From the NCBI GenBank assembly GCA_024413465.1, contig JAKSVU010000001.1, forward strand, positions 21,949 through 85,948: a DNA stretch of 64,000 nucleotides, written 5' to 3'. The DNA comes from Alphaproteobacteria bacterium (lineage in GTDB: Bacteria; Pseudomonadota; Alphaproteobacteria; CAAGCB01; CAG-977). Positions 59,861 to 64,000 of the stretch are shown one piece after another. Within the stretch, counting starts at the first letter, position 1; the number at the start of each line of letters is the position of its first letter. Under the pieces are notes generated by a model. It had not been told where the DNA came from. It was given only the letters and a program-made list of their open reading frames with translations, and did no database searches. Made by a program: the position numbers and the translations under genes.

Positions 59861-61006
59861 ATGTGGAGTTTAGAAATGTTTCAAAATAATAAGATAAAAT
59901 ATATCTTTTTAATAATATTTGCATTTTTGAATTGCTATATGTTGTTTAATTTATCAGCAATGTATAGATTGGATGGACATTTCAAAAAAGAAATACCTTC
60001 AGTGATCATTGGTGGGCAAACTGCCGGAGATTATTCAGTTGCTAACATGTTGGAAAGTCAGAAAAAAAATCAAGCATATAACCCTAAACAGCAGATTGGT
60101 GTGTTAGAAGGTAAATTTGGGTATAAGGGAGTAACTTTTTCAAATTCTAATCCGATTAGAAGTTTTTTAATAGTTCCTTTTCTACAAAATAATTTGATTT
60201 CTTTTTTTAACATATTGTGTTTTATCAGTTTTTTTCTTTTTTTTGTTTCGATATATTGTTTATTTTCATGGAAGATAAGTTTTTTATTAAGTATATCTTT
60301 ACCTGTGTTATGTATTGCATTTTCTCAGGGAATTTTTGAATTATTTTTAGCATCGATTTTGCTATTTTTGATAACAAATCATCCAAGAAATTTATATGTA
60401 AAAGCATTCCTTGGTGGACTATTATCTGCAAATATATGTATATTTATAAGTTATTTGATAATATTAATGTTTAATAAAAATTATAAAGTATTAAGATATA
60501 CTACATTGTTTTTCTTGATATTCTTTTTTTTATCGATTTATAGATATGATTTTGATAGTTTCGCTTGTTGGGTACAAATGTCCACAAAATTACTTAAATC
60601 AGCTCCTTTTTTATTTGATTCTTTTTTGTCTTATTTTTTTAAATCATCATGTAATTTGTTTACTATTTTGTTTTTTTGTATTTTTTCAGTTATAGCAATT
60701 TTTTTTGTAAGTAAATCTATAATTAATAATCAGAATGCAAATCAATGTATGAAAATTTGTGAAATAATATTGATTACACTGATGTTAAATCCTTGGTTAA
60801 CTGGTGCAGATTTCGTATATTTAGGGATTGTTGTACTAGTCTATATTTACGATTGTGAAGAAAGAGGTTGGCTTTATATTGATAAAGTTTCAATTTGTTT
60901 GTATTTTTCAGTTATCTTTTTAGATGGATTGTTTGCAAAAAATTTCTCAATGCAGTATTTAATGCTATTACTTTTTGCGCATAATTGCATAGCGAGAACA
61001 AAGTAG
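59861..61006 (+). CDS. Polytopic inner-membrane protein of unknown function (Phe-rich, at least 9 TM)
   Basis: Hydrophobic segments run throughout and no soluble domain is present. The start is uncertain (TTG 59831, ATG 59861 or ATG 59876). Confidence 0.5.
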   Translation: MWSLEMFQNNKIKYIFLIIFAFLNCYMLFNLSAMYRLDGHFKKEIPSVIIGGQTAGDYSVANMLESQKKNQAYNPKQQIGVLEGKFGYKGVTFSNSNPIRSFLIVPFLQNNLISFFNILCFISFFLFFVSIYCLFSWKISFLLSISLPVLCIAFSQGIFELFLASILLFLITNHPRNLYVKAFLGGLLSANICIFISYLIILMFNKNYKVLRYTTLFFLIFFFLSIYRYDFDSFACWVQMSTKLLKSAPFLFDSFLSYFFKSSCNLFTILFFCIFSVIAIFFVSKSIINNQNANQCMKICEIILITLMLNPWLTGADFVYLGIVVLVYIYDCEERGWLYIDKVSICLYFSVIFLDGLFAKNFSMQYLMLLLFAHNCIARTK

Positions 61007-61023
61007 GGGAGACTTTAATATTT

Positions 61024-61992
61024 ATGGAACATACAGAAAGCTTTCAAAAAATAACATCGTTAAAAAAATATTTAATGGACTCTATCGTTGGACAAGAAGC
61101 AATGGTAGAACGATTGTTAATAGCACTATTGGCAGATGGACATTTGTTAGTAGAGGGTGCGCCAGGTTTAGCAAAAACTAAAGCCATAAAAAAGATGTCT
61201 CAAGTTATTGAAGGTGATGATCAACGTATCCAGTTTACGCCGGATTTGCTTCCTTCGGATATAACAGGCAGTGATATCTACCGTCCAGAAACGAGTGATT
61301 TTAAATTTCAAGTCGGTCCAATTTTTCATAATTTAATATTAGCTGATGAAATTAATAGAGCTCCGGCAAAAGTACAGTCTGCTTTATTAGAAGCAATGGC
61401 TGAAAAGCAAGTAACTGTTGGTGGAAGGACATATCCATTACCAGAGTTATTTATTGTTATGGCAACTCAAAATCCGATAGAGCAAGAAGGAACATATCCT
61501 TTGCCAGAAGCTCAATTAGATAGATTTTTGATGTATGTTCGTATTGATCAGCCAGATGCTATATCTGAAAGAAAAATATTAAAAATTGTCAGAAAAGAAT
61601 TTCAAAAGGATGAAATTGCTTATACACAAAAAATATTACAATCAGATATTTTTCAAGCCAGAAAAGAAATTGCTAACGTTTATTTATCTGATGCTCTTGA
61701 GGAGTATATCGTTCAAATTGTAATGGCGACAAGACATCCTGAATTTTATGATTCGTCTCTGAAAAAATATATTTCTTTTGGGGCAAGTCCTAGAGGCACA
61801 ATAGCTTTAGATCGTTGTTCAAGAGCGTTAGCTTGGTTATCAGGAAGAGATTTTGTTTTGCCATCGGATGTACAAAATATTTTATTCGATGTATTAAGAC
61901 ATAGGGTTATTTTAACATTTGAAGCAGAAGCAGAAGGTGTTACCCCTGAAATCTTTTTAAAAACTATCATGGAAAAGGTTCCAACACCATAA
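61024..61992 (+). CDS. MoxR-family AAA+ ATPase
   Basis: Walker A EGAPGLAKT, Walker B LILADEINRA and MoxR C-terminal motifs are present. The ORF track starts at 60985, which overlaps the upstream gene. Confidence 0.85.
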   Translation: MEHTESFQKITSLKKYLMDSIVGQEAMVERLLIALLADGHLLVEGAPGLAKTKAIKKMSQVIEGDDQRIQFTPDLLPSDITGSDIYRPETSDFKFQVGPIFHNLILADEINRAPAKVQSALLEAMAEKQVTVGGRTYPLPELFIVMATQNPIEQEGTYPLPEAQLDRFLMYVRIDQPDAISERKILKIVRKEFQKDEIAYTQKILQSDIFQARKEIANVYLSDALEEYIVQIVMATRHPEFYDSSLKKYISFGASPRGTIALDRCSRALAWLSGRDFVLPSDVQNILFDVLRHRVILTFEAEAEGVTPEIFLKTIMEKVPTP

Positions 61993-61993
61993 A

Positions 61994-62920
61994 ATGACAT
62001 TTTTATGTGAAAAAAAAGAAGATAAATTGTCTAAAATTTTTGTTTCTTTCCAAGATTTACTTTCTTTGAAAAAATATGCAAAGTTACTGAATCAAGAAAG
62101 TTTCAGAAAATCTAGAAGCATGGGGATAGGGACGCACAAATCTTTTTTCAAAGGTCAAGGAATGGAACTAGATGAGATTCGGGCGTATCATGCTGGAGAT
62201 GATATACGTTCTATAAATTGGAGGATAACAGCAAAATTTGGCAAACCATATACGAAGATTTATAGAGAAGAAAGAGATTTAAATGTTTATTTTTTATCTG
62301 ATTTAAGATTGAATATGCATTTTGGAACTCAAAAAACGTTAAAATCTGTTCTAGGTATAAAGATTTTAGCAGCTTTAGCTTGGGCATCTTTTGATTATGG
62401 CGATAAAATTGGGGCCATCATTTTAAAAAATGATGGGTGTTTGAAATTTAAACCAATGCATAAATCATCAACTTTGATGGCAATACTTAATAGCTTAGTG
62501 AATAATCAGGTTCCAAAGACTTTAAAAAAAGAAAAAACTTTATCGGAAGGGCTAAAGGAGTTATCTCAAGTTTGCTTATCAGGAGGAAGAGTTGTTATAT
62601 TGACAGATTTTTCAGATTTTGATGATTCTGCAAAGGAAAATTTATCTAAAATAGCATCAAGTTGTGAAATTTTATGTATTCATTTGTTTGATGATATGGA
62701 AATAAATGTACCACCTAGAGGCGTATATTCGGTTGCAAATGGAGAGTATCCAATAAAACTTTCCTTAGAAAATAGATTATTAAGAAGTAAATATCAGGAA
62801 ATTTTAGTACAATCTAAAAATAATATTGTGGATTTTTGTCTTGCTCATAAAATAACATATATTCCAATTTCAACGAATGATAATATTTTAATGGAATTAA
62901 AGAAAAAATTTAGAATATAG
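61994..62920 (+). CDS. DUF58-family protein (vWA-like), partner of MoxR
   Basis: The DUF58 signature GQGMELDEIRAYHAGDDIRSINWRITAK is present. The gene lies immediately downstream of moxR. Confidence 0.8.
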   Translation: MTFLCEKKEDKLSKIFVSFQDLLSLKKYAKLLNQESFRKSRSMGIGTHKSFFKGQGMELDEIRAYHAGDDIRSINWRITAKFGKPYTKIYREERDLNVYFLSDLRLNMHFGTQKTLKSVLGIKILAALAWASFDYGDKIGAIILKNDGCLKFKPMHKSSTLMAILNSLVNNQVPKTLKKEKTLSEGLKELSQVCLSGGRVVILTDFSDFDDSAKENLSKIASSCEILCIHLFDDMEINVPPRGVYSVANGEYPIKLSLENRLLRSKYQEILVQSKNNIVDFCLAHKITYIPISTNDNILMELKKKFRI

Positions 62921-62924
62921 AGGG

Positions 62925-63371
62925 ATGTCATTGAGGTCATTAGAAGAATTAAAAGACATACATTATCCTGTTTCACCGATATTTGTGGATATACATGTGA
63001 TACTTGGGATATTGGTATGTTTAATAATGATATTCGTATTTGCTTATTTTTACACAAAAAAAACAATAAAGAGAGATACGTTAAAAGAATTAAAAGTGAT
63101 TTTTGACGCCTCTTCTGAGGATAATTTTACAAAAATCCAGCATATTTTGTATGTTTTTAAAAAGTATTTATCAGTTAAATATCCATGCACAAAGGGATTG
63201 TCTGAAGAAAAAATGTTTTTGTTTTTAAAAGAAAAATATCCTAAAAAAATATCAGAAAAGATATCTATTCTTTTACAAGAAGGGAAATTTTATTCACCTT
63301 ACGAAATGGATAAAGATACATTGATAGAAGCGTATAATTTTATTCGTGGATGGATAGAATTTCAAAAATAA
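62925..63371 (+). CDS. Small membrane protein (1 TM) downstream of the MoxR-DUF58 pair (Bat-operon-like)
   Basis: A TM helix (ILGILVCLIMIFVFAYF) is followed by a soluble tail. The gene position is the only basis for the Bat-operon-like assignment. Confidence 0.45.
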   Translation: MSLRSLEELKDIHYPVSPIFVDIHVILGILVCLIMIFVFAYFYTKKTIKRDTLKELKVIFDASSEDNFTKIQHILYVFKKYLSVKYPCTKGLSEEKMFLFLKEKYPKKISEKISILLQEGKFYSPYEMDKDTLIEAYNFIRGWIEFQK

Positions 63372-63446
63372 ATTAAAATAATCTTGATAAAAAATATGAA
63401 AAAGTATTAAAAATAACGAAAGATTTTTTATTTAGAAAGGTTGAAT

Positions 63447-64000
63447 ATGACAAAATATTTAATTACGAGTGCATTACCGTATATTAATGGAATAAAACAT
63501 TTAGGTAATTTGGTAGGTTCGATGCTTCCTGCCGATGTATATAGCCGTTTTTTACGTCAATCAGGAGAAAATGTGTTATTTATCTGTGCAACAGATGAAC
63601 ATGGTACTCCAGCAGAATTAGCTGCATTAGAAAAAAATCAAGATGTTGAAACTTTTTGTACAGAACAACATGAAATTCAAAAAAATATTTATAGTAGATT
63701 TAATCTTTCGTTTGATCAATTTGGTAGATCATCCTCAGAACATAATTTACATTTAACACAGCATATGTGTAAAAAATTAATGGAAAATGGTTTTATTGAG
63801 GAACGGATTATTAAGCAGGTTTATTCTATTGATGATGGTCGTTTTTTGCCAGATAGATATATTGTTGGAACATGTCCTCATTGTGGATATGAAGCAGCAA
63901 GAGGAGATCAATGTGAAAATTGTACAAGAGTCCTTGATCCAACAGATTTGAAAAATCCTCGTTCTGCAGTATCAGGTTCAGATAGACTTGAAATTAAAGA
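63447..64000 (+). CDS. metG: Methionine-tRNA ligase, N-terminal part; the gene continues past the window end
   Basis: Manual translation from the ATG at 63447 gives [55 protein letters not shown] (HLGN = HIGH-class motif) followed by a zinc knuckle CPHCGYE..CENC. Confidence 0.9.
   Translation, partial: MTKYLITSALPYINGIKHLGNLVGSMLPADVYSRFLRQSGENVLFICATDEHGTPAELAALEKNQDVETFCTEQHEIQKNIYSRFNLSFDQFGRSSSEHNLHLTQHMCKKLMENGFIEERIIKQVYSIDDGRFLPDRYIVGTCPHCGYEAARGDQCENCTRVLDPTDLKNPRSAVSGSDRLEIK

Overview
This window is AT-rich (roughly one-third GC by eye), densely coding, and contains no CRISPR array and no rRNA. Gene content and local syntenies indicate a host-associated alphaproteobacterium of Rhizobiales-like organisation. 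The supporting blocks are chvI-chvG-hprK-EIIA(Man)-NPr, rnhB-ccrM, dgt-argS-SPOR-nagZ, tatABC-serS, the atpI-B-E-F'-F F0 operon, trmFO, and hpnCDE next to tgt. TTG starts and ATGA stop/start overlaps are frequent. Most of the window is core housekeeping: aroA (partial), miaB, phoH, ybeY, lnt, the PTS-Ntr/ChvGI block, trkH, pepP, prmA, uvrD/rep, rpsU, sufBCDS plus a DUF59 gene, the F0 ATP synthase, dsbA-like, tgt, the hopanoid squalene genes hpnCDE, trmFO, ccrM, rnhB, a 1182-aa pyruvate:ferredoxin/flavodoxin oxidoreductase, dgt, argS, nagZ, tatABC, serS, fused feoAB, a MoxR-DUF58 operon, and metG (partial). The most unusual locus lies at 38.5-40.7 kb. An initiator-type tRNA-Met gene is followed by about 2 kb whose far end repeats the last 26 nt of the tRNA (25/26 identical), the classic att-site signature of a tRNA-targeting integrative element. 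No integrase is present. The only cargo is one 590-aa protein built from six Trp/Cys/His zinc-ribbon-like repeats (three on each side) around a central Vsr/DUF559-like PD-(D/E)xK endonuclease domain. The core CcrM GANTC methyltransferase sits immediately to the right of the element. Immediately left of the tRNA is an effector-like cluster: a TM-rhodanese protein, a 758-aa secreted pentapeptide-repeat protein and a Sel1-repeat protein. Other points to follow up are a HAD-hydrolase gene bracketed by identical 13-bp palindromes, a GGDEF protein with a degenerate active site but an intact I-site, a truncated SufD, and a TolC-like lipoprotein with a C-terminal Ig-like extension co-transcribed with an acidic secreted protein. 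Two real genes are missing from the ORF track because they are short or run off the window edge: tatA (58 aa) and the partial aroA and metG.
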